Below, piece after piece: positions 26,758 to 37,500 of a stretch of DNA of 64,000 nt. Below the pieces are notes generated by a model. The model saw only the letters and a program-made list of their open reading frames with translations. It was not told the origin of the DNA and did not search any database. Made by a program: the position numbers and the translations under genes. Source of the stretch: Clostridia bacterium (GTDB lineage: Bacteria; Bacillota; Clostridia; RUG12999); contig JAAWTG010000012.1 of assembly GCA_022801925.1 (NCBI GenBank), positions 1,397-65,396 on the forward strand, read 5' to 3'. Within the stretch, counting starts at the first letter, position 1; every line of letters begins with the position of its first letter.

Positions 26758-29700
26758 TCATTTCATTGAATTTAATAGTTCCGCAATGGTATCTAATATT
26801 TTTTCTTCATTTGTCTCCTGCATTAAATAGGTTAAATAAGGTTTTTCGCCGTTGGAAAACAACAGTTTTCCGAGATGTGTTTTCGCAAGTTCTTTGATTT
26901 TTTCCGGCTGCAACGTACAGTTTGGCGCAAGATAAAACAACAAACGGTCGTTTCTCTGCATAATATCTGTGATGCCGCAGGCGGATGCTTGATGTTTTAA
27001 AAGCGCAATCCGAATCAAATGCGTGACGGGCACCGGCGGTTCCCCGAAGCGGTCAATCACTTCATCTGTCACATCTCGGGCATCCTGGAGCGTTGTCACA
27101 GACGCAATCCGCTTATAGAGTTCAATCCGCAGCGCATGGCTGTCAATAAATTCATCAGGGATATAGGCGTTGACATTCAATTCAATGGACGTCATAATGT
27201 CTTCTTCTACCACTTTTCCCTGCTGCTGTGCAATTGCTTTTTGCAGCAGATTGCAATACATATCATATCCGACGGCTTCCATAGCGCCGTGCTGCTGTGC
27301 GCCAAGCAGGTTACCGGCGCCGCGAATTTCCAAATCCCGCATGGCAATTTTAAAACCGGAACCGAATTCCGTAAATTCTTTGATTGCCATAAGCCGTTTT
27401 ACTGCCACCTCTTGCAGGGATTTATCTTTCCGATAGGTAAGATAACAATAGGCTAATCGGTTGGAGCGCCCTACCCTGCCGCGCAGTTGGTAAAGCTGGG
27501 ATAGTCCCATGCAGTCCGCATTTTCTATGATAATGGTATTGATGTTTGGAATATCCAGTCCGGTTTCAATAATGGTGGTGCAGACCAGAATATCAATATC
27601 GCCCGCTAAGGTGTCCATCATGATTTCTTCCAGTTCCCGCTCGCTCATTTTTCCGTGACCGACTGCGATGCGGGCTTCCGGTACCATTTTGGAAATTTCA
27701 TCCGCAATCCGCTCAATCCCCTCCACACGGTTGTGGACATAGTAGACCTGTCCGCCGCGTCCCAGTTCCTTTTGAATGGCTTCCCGCAAAACGTCGCGGT
27801 CATATTCCAAAATGAACGTTTGCACAGGATGACGGTTTTCCGGCGGATTGGATATCACACTCATGTCTCGAATACCAATCATTGCCATGTGCAATGTGCG
27901 TGGAATAGGCGTTGCTGTTAATGTTAAAACATCAATATTTTGTTTCAATGCTTTGATTTTTTCTTTATCTTTGACGCCAAAACGCTGTTCTTCATCAATA
28001 ATCAACAGACCTAAATCCTGAAAAGATACATCCTTTTGCAGCAATCGATGCGTACCGATAATGATATTAACGCTGCCATTTGCCACTTTTTGAACAATTT
28101 GCTTTTGTTGTTTTGGCGTGCGGAACCGACACAGCATTTCAATCTGAATCGGATAGTCTTTCATTCTCTGCTGGAACGTATTATATTGCTGTTGTGCCAA
28201 AATGGTAGTCGGCACCAAATATGCCACTTGCTTATTTTCCATGACCGCTTTAAATGCCGCGCGGATAGCAACTTCTGTTTTTCCAAATCCAACGTCGCCG
28301 CAAAGCAAACGGTCCATAGGTTTTGAGGATTCCATGTCCTGTTTAATCTCTGCAATACAGGAAAGCTGGTCTTCCGTTTCTTCATATTCAAACGCTTGCT
28401 CAAAAGCGTTTTGCCAATCGGTATCCGGCGCAAATGCAAAGCCTTTTGTGGTTTGACGCTGCGCATAGAGTTCCACTAGTTGTTTTGCAATGTCCTCCGC
28501 ATTTTTCTGCACCCGCGCTTTTGCCTTTGCAAATTCATTGCCGCCCATTTTGTTCAGTTTCACACCTGTTGCGTCTGCTCCGAGATATTTGTTGATACTG
28601 TCGAGCTGCGTCGCAGGAACATAGAGAATATCATTTCCTTTATAGACAATTTTTAAGTAGTCCTTAATTTTTCCGTCTACTTCAATACGGTTGATGCCAA
28701 GATACCGCCCAATTCCGTGCACTTGATGAACAACATAATCCCCTTCTTCAAGGTCTTGATAGGAACGGATACGCTCCCCTTTCATTTTCCGTTTCCGTAC
28801 TTTTTTCCGCTGCCCGCCAAACAATTCACGGCTACTGATAAACACATGTCCCAGTAGCGGATATTCAAATCCTCGAGAATAAGAGCCTTCGTGCAGCACA
28901 ACTTGCCCTGCTTCGGCGGGCGTTCCGTCTTCACAAATGGTGGAAGAAATACCATGCTCCAGCAACGTCTGCGCGAATGTTTGCGCGCGGCTCAGTGTGC
29001 CAACCAAGACATCTACGGCATATTGTTTCCCATACCAATACGCCATATCCTCCAGTATTAAGTTCATATTCCCCTGATACGCCTGTAGATTTCGTGCTGT
29101 GATATTGACAGAGCAAGTGGGGCGGATATATTCATTTTGCGTATGAATACCGCTTATACAAACGACTGTTTTTGTTTTCAACAGCCCTGCAATATCATAG
29201 CTGTCCAGCATATAACTTCCCTTCAACTGCGGCATTTTATTATGCTCAATCAATTCCGCAAGCTGGCTGTGAAATTCTTTCATAAGCGTATCACAGCGGT
29301 CAAACAGCCCGTTGGGATAGTCCAAAAAGATGAGGTCGTCTGCACCAAAATAGGAAAACAGAGTTGGCAACTGCTGATATAGCAGTGGAATATATTTGTC
29401 TACTGCCGGAAAATAGTGCTGCTGACGGAATGCTTCAATATCTTGCCGGATATCGCTGCTCAAATTCAAATGTTTCATTTGTTCCAACGCTGCGGCTACA
29501 TTTTCAGCCATTTCTTTATCGTAAACAGCTTCCCGGCAGCAAATAATTTGAATTTCATCTGTAAGCGGCTGGGAACGCTGCGTTTCAGGGTCAAAGCAGC
29601 GAACCGTATCCACTTCATCATCAAAAAATTCTATACGCAGCGGCTGGTCGCCTGCCGGAGAATAGATATCTAAAATCCCTCCACGAATACTGAATTGTCC

Positions 29701-30231
29701 AATCCCCTCTACTGTATCGCAACGCTTATAGCCCATCAATGCCAACCGCTGCGTTAATATTTTTAAATCATAGCGTTCACCCGGACGGAATGCAAACGTT
29801 ACCTCTTCCCAAAGAGCTGCGGGAAGCGTATACTGCATGAATGCTTCTATGGTTGTCACAACAACCATAGGTGATTTTCCCGCGCGAATTTCCCGCAAAA
29901 CATTTAAACGCCCATGAACCACCTGCATATCGCTGGCTTCAATATGATGAAAAATATAGTCCTTGGGTGCATATAACAATACGCGTTCACGTCCAAAACC
30001 CATGCTGAGGTCCTCGGCAAGACTGCGGGCATCCATCATATTATCAACAACGACCAGTCCTGTCTTTTGTGTTTTCAGCAAAAGTTCCGTAATAAAATGT
30101 GCGCGTGCGCTTTCCGTGATACCGCTGACCATGGTTTTGGAACCGTTTTTTTGTATAGACGAAAGGACCGTCTGATACTCTGCCAGGCGGTCTAAAATTC
30201 CTGTCAATCCTGCCATGGAACTATCCTCCAT
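26758..30231 (-). CDS. mfd: Transcription-repair coupling factor.
   Basis: It is 1157 aa with a UvrB-homology N-region, an RNAP-interaction domain and a superfamily 2 helicase (GDVGFGKTEVA, DEEQRFG). The true start is probably the internal MAGLTG codon at 30216, which has GGAGGA 9 nt upstream. Either way it overlaps or abuts the pth stop. Confidence 0.9.
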   Translation of the reverse strand: MEDSSMAGLTGILDRLAEYQTVLSSIQKNGSKTMVSGITESARAHFITELLLKTQKTGLVVVDNMMDARSLAEDLSMGFGRERVLLYAPKDYIFHHIEASDMQVVHGRLNVLREIRAGKSPMVVVTTIEAFMQYTLPAALWEEVTFAFRPGERYDLKILTQRLALMGYKRCDTVEGIGQFSIRGGILDIYSPAGDQPLRIEFFDDEVDTVRCFDPETQRSQPLTDEIQIICCREAVYDKEMAENVAAALEQMKHLNLSSDIRQDIEAFRQQHYFPAVDKYIPLLYQQLPTLFSYFGADDLIFLDYPNGLFDRCDTLMKEFHSQLAELIEHNKMPQLKGSYMLDSYDIAGLLKTKTVVCISGIHTQNEYIRPTCSVNITARNLQAYQGNMNLILEDMAYWYGKQYAVDVLVGTLSRAQTFAQTLLEHGISSTICEDGTPAEAGQVVLHEGSYSRGFEYPLLGHVFISSRELFGGQRKKVRKRKMKGERIRSYQDLEEGDYVVHQVHGIGRYLGINRIEVDGKIKDYLKIVYKGNDILYVPATQLDSINKYLGADATGVKLNKMGGNEFAKAKARVQKNAEDIAKQLVELYAQRQTTKGFAFAPDTDWQNAFEQAFEYEETEDQLSCIAEIKQDMESSKPMDRLLCGDVGFGKTEVAIRAAFKAVMENKQVAYLVPTTILAQQQYNTFQQRMKDYPIQIEMLCRFRTPKQQKQIVQKVANGSVNIIIGTHRLLQKDVSFQDLGLLIIDEEQRFGVKDKEKIKALKQNIDVLTLTATPIPRTLHMAMIGIRDMSVISNPPENRHPVQTFILEYDRDVLREAIQKELGRGGQVYYVHNRVEGIERIADEISKMVPEARIAVGHGKMSERELEEIMMDTLAGDIDILVCTTIIETGLDIPNINTIIIENADCMGLSQLYQLRGRVGRSNRLAYCYLTYRKDKSLQEVAVKRLMAIKEFTEFGSGFKIAMRDLEIRGAGNLLGAQQHGAMEAVGYDMYCNLLQKAIAQQQGKVVEEDIMTSIELNVNAYIPDEFIDSHALRIELYKRIASVTTLQDARDVTDEVIDRFGEPPVPVTHLIRIALLKHQASACGITDIMQRNDRLLFYLAPNCTLQPEKIKELAKTHLGKLLFSNGEKPYLTYLMQETNEEKILDTIAELLNSMK

Positions 30232-30784
30232 TTACTTCATTCATTGCATAGGGAACGCCGAATTTCATGAGCAGTGGAAGAACATGTTCCACCCGCTTGC
30301 GCGTATCTTCCAGCAATTTCCTGTCCTCCTGCGTGAAATGTCCTAATACATAGTCCGCTAAATCCATTTGCGGCGGGCGATTTCCAACACCAATGCGCAC
30401 CCGCGGAAATGTGTCGGAATTCAACTGATATATAATGCTTTTCATGCCGTTATGTCCGCCGTCACTGCCTTTGGGACGAATACGAATACGTCCAACGTCC
30501 AAACTGACATCATCATATATTACTATGATATTCTCATCTTCCAATTTATAGTAATGCTTTAATTCACGCACACTCTCACCGCTGAGATTCATAAATGTCT
30601 GCGGTTTTACAAGAATCACTTTTTCTCCCTGTATCATACCTTCGCCGCAAAGCGCTTTAAATTTCAGTTGTTTAACCCTGATTTGATAACTTTCCGCCAA
30701 CGCGTCAATCATATCAAACCCAATATTATGGCGTGTTCCTTCAAATTTGTTTCCTGGATTGCCCAGTCCTATAATTGCATACAT
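30221..30784 (-). CDS. pth: Peptidyl-tRNA hydrolase.
   Basis: MYAIIGLGNPGNKFEGTRHNIGF is the Pth signature. An AGGAGA RBS is present. Confidence 0.9.
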   Translation of the reverse strand: MYAIIGLGNPGNKFEGTRHNIGFDMIDALAESYQIRVKQLKFKALCGEGMIQGEKVILVKPQTFMNLSGESVRELKHYYKLEDENIIVIYDDVSLDVGRIRIRPKGSDGGHNGMKSIIYQLNSDTFPRVRIGVGNRPPQMDLADYVLGHFTQEDRKLLEDTRKRVEHVLPLLMKFGVPYAMNEVNGG

Positions 30785-30840
30785 ACGTAGTGTCTCTCCT
30801 TTTCTGAGGAGTTTTGATTTTCAGCTTTCAGCTATACAAC

Positions 30841-30875
30841 AAATACACCCCCTACACGTTGTAAGGGGTGTATTT
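30841..30875 (-). terminator. Hairpin between serA and pth, probably the serC-serA terminator. Its U-tract is weak.
   Basis: aaatacacccc-ctacacgttgtaa-ggggtgtattt has perfect 11-bp arms. It starts 28 nt after the serA stop. Confidence 0.4.
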
Positions 30876-30903
30876 ATCATTCCCTGAATACTCGCATATG
30901 ATG

Positions 30904-32073
30904 TTATTTAATAATGCGGACGGATAAAATATTATCCATTGATTCGATAGATTGAATATTCGCTTCTGATACATCCGTATTGGTATCAATCAGTGTTACC
31001 GCCAAATCGCCTTTGGATTTATTAATCATATTTTCAATATTAATACCTTTATCCGCAAATGCCTGCGTAAACGCACTAATCATTTTGGGAACATTTTTAT
31101 GCGCAATAAACAGACGTTCTTTTGCACTGCGCGGCATCACACATTCTGGAAAATTGACAGAATTGACAACGTTTCCGTTTTCCAGAAAATCAATCAACTG
31201 GCTGCATGCCATGGTTGCACAGTTGTCCTCAGATTCCGGCGTAGAAGCGCCCAAATGCGGAATGGCCACCACGTTTTTCATCTTCAAAACGGCTTCATCC
31301 GGAAAATCAGTCACATAGCAGGATACTTTTCCTGATTCCAACGCTTCCGCCATTGCACCATTGTCTACTAAACCGCCGCGTGCAAAGTTCAAGATACGAA
31401 TGCCCTCTTTTGCGCCGTCTAAAATATCTTTATTTATCATGCCTTTTGTTTTGTCATTTTGCGGCACGTGCAATGTGATATAGTCGCATTTTGCCATCAT
31501 TGCCTGCAAATCGTCTTCACGTTCAATGTGGCGAGAAAGGTTCCATGCAGCGTTAATGGAAATATACGGGTCATATCCGATTACTTTCATACCCAGATGA
31601 TATGCCGTATTAGCAACCATAACGCCGATTGCACCCAAACCGACAACGCCAAGTGTTTTACCTGAAATTTCTGGACCTGCAAAATTGGATTTTCCCTTTT
31701 CTACCAGTTTTGCAACCCCTTCTTCCCCATCTAAGGTCTTTGCCCAAGTAACAGCGTCCGTAATCTTACGGGAAGCCATGAGCAAACCGGCAATCACCAG
31801 TTCTTTCACTGCGTTTGCATTTGCACCAGGCGTATTGAACACAACAATACCCTTTTCACTGCATTTATCAATCGGAATATTATTAACGCCTGCGCCTGCA
31901 CGTGCAACCCCTTTCAAGTTAGAAGGAAGCTCCATTTCATGCATGTTGAAACTGCGCAACACAATTCCATCAGGATTAGTTTCGCCGTCGGAAACCTGAT
32001 ATCCTGCGCCAAACTGCTGGGTACCGCAAGCTGCGATTTTATTTAATGTTTTAATACTGAACATTGATTCCAC
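30904..32073 (-). CDS. serA: D-3-phosphoglycerate dehydrogenase with a C-terminal ACT domain.
   Basis: It has a 2-hydroxyacid dehydrogenase fold and an NAD site (GVVGLGAIGVMVA) at 389 aa. It follows serC with a 6-nt gap. Confidence 0.85.
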   Translation of the reverse strand: MESMFSIKTLNKIAACGTQQFGAGYQVSDGETNPDGIVLRSFNMHEMELPSNLKGVARAGAGVNNIPIDKCSEKGIVVFNTPGANANAVKELVIAGLLMASRKITDAVTWAKTLDGEEGVAKLVEKGKSNFAGPEISGKTLGVVGLGAIGVMVANTAYHLGMKVIGYDPYISINAAWNLSRHIEREDDLQAMMAKCDYITLHVPQNDKTKGMINKDILDGAKEGIRILNFARGGLVDNGAMAEALESGKVSCYVTDFPDEAVLKMKNVVAIPHLGASTPESEDNCATMACSQLIDFLENGNVVNSVNFPECVMPRSAKERLFIAHKNVPKMISAFTQAFADKGINIENMINKSKGDLAVTLIDTNTDVSEANIQSIESMDNILSVRIIK

Positions 32074-32079
32074 CTGCTT

Positions 32080-33168
32080 TTATTTATTTTTCGCTTCAAA
32101 GTCTTTCATAAAGTCTACCAATGACTTCACGCCTTCTACCGGCATTGCATTATAAATGCTGGCACGCATACCGCCAACGGTGCGGTGACCTTTCAGGTTC
32201 ACAAATCCTTTTGCAGCAGCTTCTGCAATGAATTTCTGGTTCAATTCGTCTGAATCCGTTACAAACGGTATGTTCATCAGCGAACGGTCTTCTTTGACGA
32301 CTGTTCCGCGGAACATCGCCGATTCATCCAGATAGTTATACAGCAGATTTGCTTTTTCTGTATTGATTTCTTTCAGCGCTGCGGTACCACCCATTTTTTT
32401 CACCCATTCCAGCACCAATTTACAAATATAAATTGCGTAGGTCGGCGGTGTGTTATACATAGAGCGGTCTTTCACATGCGTTTCATATTTCAACATGGTC
32501 GGCGTACAATCCATCGCATTACCAATCAAATCTTTTTTCATAATAACAACCGTAACCCCTGCCGGTCCCATGTTTTTCTGTGCGCCTGCATAGAGCAGTC
32601 CAAATTTATTTACATCAATCGGTTCAGACAAAACCATGGAAGAAATATCTGCAACCAACGGAACATTGCCTGTTTCCGGCAGTGTGTGGAACATTGTACC
32701 ATAAATGGTATTGTTCAATGTAATATGAACATAATCGCTGTCCTGATGAATCATGGACGCGTCCACTTTGGGAATATAGTTAAACACTTGATCTTCACTG
32801 GACGCAATTTTACGCGCTTCCCCATAACGGGACGCTTCTGCGAACGCTTTTTTTGCCCACTGACCGGTAATGATATAGTCCGCTTTGTTGTTTTTGTTCA
32901 TCAAATTAAGCGGAATCATCGCAAACTGTGTAGACGCACCGCCCTGCAAGAAAAAAACTTCATAGTCATCGCTGATGTTCATGACTTCACGAAGCAAATC
33001 CTGCGCGCCATAAATAATGCTTTCATACACTTTGGAACGGTGGCTCATTTCCATCACGCTCATGCCGCTGTCGCCATAGCAAAGCATTTCTTGCTGTGCG
33101 GTTTTCAATACCTCTTCCGGCAACATCGAAGGACCGGCAGAGAAATTATACACTCTGTTCATAATCAC
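32080..33168 (-). CDS. serC: Phosphoserine aminotransferase.
   Basis: MIMNRVYNFSAGPSMLPEEVL is the SerC N-terminus. It is a class V aminotransferase. An upstream TTGACT-18-TATAAT promoter and a GGAGTG RBS are present. Confidence 0.9.
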   Translation of the reverse strand: MIMNRVYNFSAGPSMLPEEVLKTAQQEMLCYGDSGMSVMEMSHRSKVYESIIYGAQDLLREVMNISDDYEVFFLQGGASTQFAMIPLNLMNKNNKADYIITGQWAKKAFAEASRYGEARKIASSEDQVFNYIPKVDASMIHQDSDYVHITLNNTIYGTMFHTLPETGNVPLVADISSMVLSEPIDVNKFGLLYAGAQKNMGPAGVTVVIMKKDLIGNAMDCTPTMLKYETHVKDRSMYNTPPTYAIYICKLVLEWVKKMGGTAALKEINTEKANLLYNYLDESAMFRGTVVKEDRSLMNIPFVTDSDELNQKFIAEAAAKGFVNLKGHRTVGGMRASIYNAMPVEGVKSLVDFMKDFEAKNK

Positions 33169-33269
33169 TCACTCCAATTAAAAATTTCATCTATCCTTTA
33201 TTATATAAGAATTCTTTGGTAAAAGTCAAGTTTTTCCTGTGATTTTTTTAACATTTTAACAATAATGTA

Positions 33270-34571
33270 TTACAAAATGTCATTACGCAGCAAATCTTCA
33301 TAGCTTTCTCGACGTACAATTTCTTTTGCCTGACCGTCTTTTACCATAATCACAGGCGGATTTGGAATGCGGTTGTAATGACTCGCCATAGAATAATTAT
33401 ACGCTCCGGTTGCAAGCACTGCTAAGGTATCGCCTACTTCAATATGCGGCATTTTGATATCCTTAATCAGCAAATCACCGGATTCGCAGCATTTTCCGGC
33501 AATGGTGACAACGTTTTCCCGCGGTGCAGTCGCTTTATTTGCCAATACTGCGTCATATTTTGATTCATACAAAATATAACGCGGATTGTCAATCATACCG
33601 CCGTCCACGGAGACATAGGTGCGGACATCTTTGATTTCTTTCACGCCGCCCACTGTATATAGTGTAATACCGGCAGGCGCCACAATGGAACGACCAGGCT
33701 CCATCATAATTTTCGGCAGGTTTACACCGCGTTCCTGCGCCATTTGTTTTACAACTTCAGAGACTGCCTGAATATATGCGTCATAGTTAATTGGTTGATC
33801 CTCTTCGGTATATTTGATACCATATCCACCGCCGAGGTTCAATTCTTCTATTTCAATATTCAATTTATCATGTAAATCACCGATGAAATTCATCATCACT
33901 TTTGCCGCCAATTTGAATGGTTCCAAATCAAAAATCTGAGAACCAATATGGCAGTGAACACCCATCACTTTTAAATGGGAGTATTCTACTGCGCGCCGGT
34001 ATGCTTCAATCGCTTCGCCGTTTTCCAGCGCCACACCGAATTTAGAATCAATTTGTCCTGTCTGAATAAAGCTGTGTGTATGTGCATCAATACCCGGTTT
34101 GATACGGAACATAATGCGAACAACAACATCTTTTTCAGAAGCAATGCGGTTCAACCGTTCCAATTCATCTACGTTGTCCACTACAATGGTTCCAACCTTG
34201 TGCTCTACTGCCAGTTTTAATTCATCATCCGTTTTGTTATTTCCGTGGAAATAGACACGACTCATGTCAAATCCGGCTTTCCAAGCAGTATATAACTCAC
34301 CGCCGGAAACGACGTCCAGCCCCATGCCAAGGTCGTTCATCAGCTTGCACATATACATACAGGAAAATGCTTTACTCGCATAGAGAACCAAACCGTTTCC
34401 GTCATAATAACGATTCAGCGACTCCTGATAGAGTTTACAATTTTTAATAATGTCACTTTCATCCATCACATAAAGCGGCGTTCCAAATTGTTTTGCCAGT
34501 TCTACCGTATCGCAGCCGCCAATCATGAGATGTCCGTTCTCGTTTGCCGATAAACACTCTGATACAAACAT
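33270..34571 (-). CDS. lysA: Diaminopimelate decarboxylase.
   Basis: ...GHLMIGGCDTVELAKQFGTPLYVMDE... is a PLP-dependent decarboxylase. The likely start is MFVSE at 34571, with AAAGGA about 11 nt upstream. The ORF-track start is at 34583. Confidence 0.85.
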   Translation of the reverse strand: MFVSECLSANENGHLMIGGCDTVELAKQFGTPLYVMDESDIIKNCKLYQESLNRYYDGNGLVLYASKAFSCMYMCKLMNDLGMGLDVVSGGELYTAWKAGFDMSRVYFHGNNKTDDELKLAVEHKVGTIVVDNVDELERLNRIASEKDVVVRIMFRIKPGIDAHTHSFIQTGQIDSKFGVALENGEAIEAYRRAVEYSHLKVMGVHCHIGSQIFDLEPFKLAAKVMMNFIGDLHDKLNIEIEELNLGGGYGIKYTEEDQPINYDAYIQAVSEVVKQMAQERGVNLPKIMMEPGRSIVAPAGITLYTVGGVKEIKDVRTYVSVDGGMIDNPRYILYESKYDAVLANKATAPRENVVTIAGKCCESGDLLIKDIKMPHIEVGDTLAVLATGAYNYSMASHYNRIPNPPVIMVKDGQAKEIVRRESYEDLLRNDIL

Positions 34572-34598
34572 AAACACACCCATCCTTTCTTCTGTCTT

Positions 34599-37500
34599 TT
34601 ATTTAAAATATGCAACCCCTGCTTTAAATATTGGTTGTTCCTTGTTGCCGTCTATATTTTTATACAAATTCGCGCCTTTCCGTTCACTGTGACCCATTTT
34701 CCCAAGCACGCGCCCATCGGGACTGGTGATGCCTTCCACAGCTTCGTAAGAGCCGTTGGGATTGAAATAGATATCATAGGTCGGATTGCCGTCAAAATCC
34801 ACATACTGCGTTGCAATCTGTCCATTTTCGTATAGCTGACAGTATAAGTCAGACGGACAGATAAACCGTCCTTCCCCATGAGAAATCGCAATGGTATGTT
34901 CATCTCCCACTTCGCTAAATTGGAACCATGGAGATTTCACAGATGATACCCTCGTGCGAATCAGACTTGATGCGTGGCGTCCAATGGTATTAAAAGTCAA
35001 TGTCGGACTTGTTTCATCCAAGTCACGGATTTCACCATATGGTACCAACCCGAGTTTGATAAGTGCCTGGAAACCGTTACAAATTCCCAGCATCAATCCA
35101 TCGCGTTGTTTTAATAGTTCATGTACCGCGTCTTTCACATAAGGATTGCGGAACGCTGCCGCAATAAATTTACCGGAACCTTCCGGTTCATCTCCGGCAC
35201 TAAAGCCGCCCGGAACCATGATGATTTGAGACTGTCCAATCCGTTTTGCCATTTCCTGCAGAGAATCTTCAATTTCTTTTGCAGAACTGTTGCGTACGAC
35301 AAAAATATCCGCCCGGGCGCCTTCTTTTTCAAACGCGCGCGCGCTGTCATATTCACAGTTGGTTCCCGGGAACACCGGAATAAATACCTTCGGCTTTGCA
35401 ATCCCTTGCGGTTTTATCACTGTCCGCTGTCCATATGCCGCTTTTTCAGGCATTTTTTGATATTCACAATCAGCCTGTGTTGGGAAAATGGGTTCCAGCG
35501 GCGCTTCCCATTTTGCAATCAGTGTATCCAACTCATAGGACTTTCCGCCTAATGTAATTACCGGCTGCGGCGTTGTTTCACCAAGCAATTCAAAACCGTC
35601 TAGCGGCTGTGCGGATTCTACAATGAAGGAGCCATAATATGGTACATACCATTCTTTGCTGAATGTATTGTTTTGTGAAAAACCGATTTTGTTTCCCAAA
35701 CTCATATTTGCAACAGCACCGGCAATACCACCGGCGCGTACTGTGCCGACTGCCAATGCCTTTCCGCTTTCTATCAACCGGTGTATAATATCATAGTTTG
35801 TTTTCAGTGCATCCCAATCCGGCAGACCGTCCGCTGTAGACGGCGTATGTAAATACCAAACTTTATGCCCCGCATCTTTCCATTCCGGCGAAACAACTTT
35901 GGAAGCACGCACTGCGTCAATTGCAAAAGAAACCAAGGTCGGCGGCACATCCATATCCTCAAAACTACCGGACATACTGTCTTTTCCGCCGATTGCGGCA
36001 ATTCCAAGCTTTGTCTGCGCCAAATATGCGCCCAAAAGCGCTGCCAACGGTTTTCCCCAACGGGAAGGTTCCTGATAGAGTTTTTCAAAATATTCCTGCA
36101 ATGTTAAATAGGTTGTTTTATAATTTCCGCCGCCCGCGACGACTTTTGTAACAGACTCTACAATCGCAAGCGCTGCGCCATGGAACGGACTGGAAGCAGA
36201 AAGATATGGATGGAATCCAAATCCCATAATGCTGGCGGTATCCGTTTCGCCATGCAGCACCGGAATTTTTGCCGCCATAACTTCCGGTCTTGTTAACTGA
36301 TATTTTCCGCCCAGCGGCATGAGTACCGTACCAGCGCCAATGGTGGAATCAAACCGCTCTATCAAACCTTTTTGACTACATTGCGACAAATCTTCCATCA
36401 GTTCATATAAATCATTTTTGACGTTCATATCCAGTTCTTTCACGCTGTCCACAACCGCTGTCATTTGTTTTTTTGCACCGTTGGAATTCAAAAATTCACG
36501 GCTGATATCCACAATGGTTTTGCTGCGCCATTCCATCACCAAACGCGGCGTTTCGGTCACCTTCGCAACAATGGTGGCTTCAATGTTTTCCAGATTTGCC
36601 TGCTGCACCATATAGTCAGCGTCTTCTTTTGCAACAACAACCGCCATACGTTCCTGCGATTCGGAAATCGCCAACTCCGTACCGTCCAAGCCTTCATATT
36701 TTTTCGGTACTTTATCTAAATTGATATGTAAACCGTCCGCCAATTCACCAATCGCAACAGAAACGCCGCCTGCACCAAAATCATTACAGCGTTTGATGCG
36801 GCGCGTCACTTCTGGTTTGCGGAACAACCGCTGTATTTTTCTCTCTTCCGGCGGATTCCCTTTTTGCACTTCCGCACCGCATTGGTCTAAGGAGTCCGCT
36901 GTATGCGCTTTGGAGGAACCGGTCGCACCGCCGCAGCCGTCCCGACCCGTCCGTCCGCCCAGCAATACCACAACGTCTCCCGGCTGCGGTCGTTCGCGCA
37001 CAACAGAATCCTTTGGAACAGCGCCGACCACTGCGCCAATTTCCATATGTTTTGCTACATAGCCAGGATGATAAATTTCCTCCACCTGCCCTGTTGCAAG
37101 TCCAATCTGGTTTCCGTAGGAACTATATCCGCTGGCGGCAACCGTGGAAATTTTCCGCTGCGGAAGTTTTCCGGACAACGTATCTTTCACCTTTTGACGC
37201 GGGTCACCGCAACCAGTAACGCGCATTGCTTGGTAGACATAACTCCGCCCTGACAATGGGTCGCGAATCGCTCCGCCCAAACAGGTTGCCGCGCCGCCAA
37301 ACGGTTCAATTTCCGTCGGGTGATTATGTGTTTCGTTTTTAAACATCAACAGCCATGTTTCCGTCTTTCCGTCAACATCAACCTGAATTTCAATGCTGCA
37401 TGCATTGATTTCTTCACTTTCGTCCAATTGCTGCAATTTGCCTTCGCGTTTCAATTTTTTGGCAGCAATTGTCGCAAGATCCATTAAGCATAGGTCTTTT

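Noticed and set aside
32476-33222. A 248-aa + strand ORF rich in H, C, N and R.
   Set aside because: It is antisense to serC, which is strongly supported. Its composition is typical of reverse-frame artefacts.
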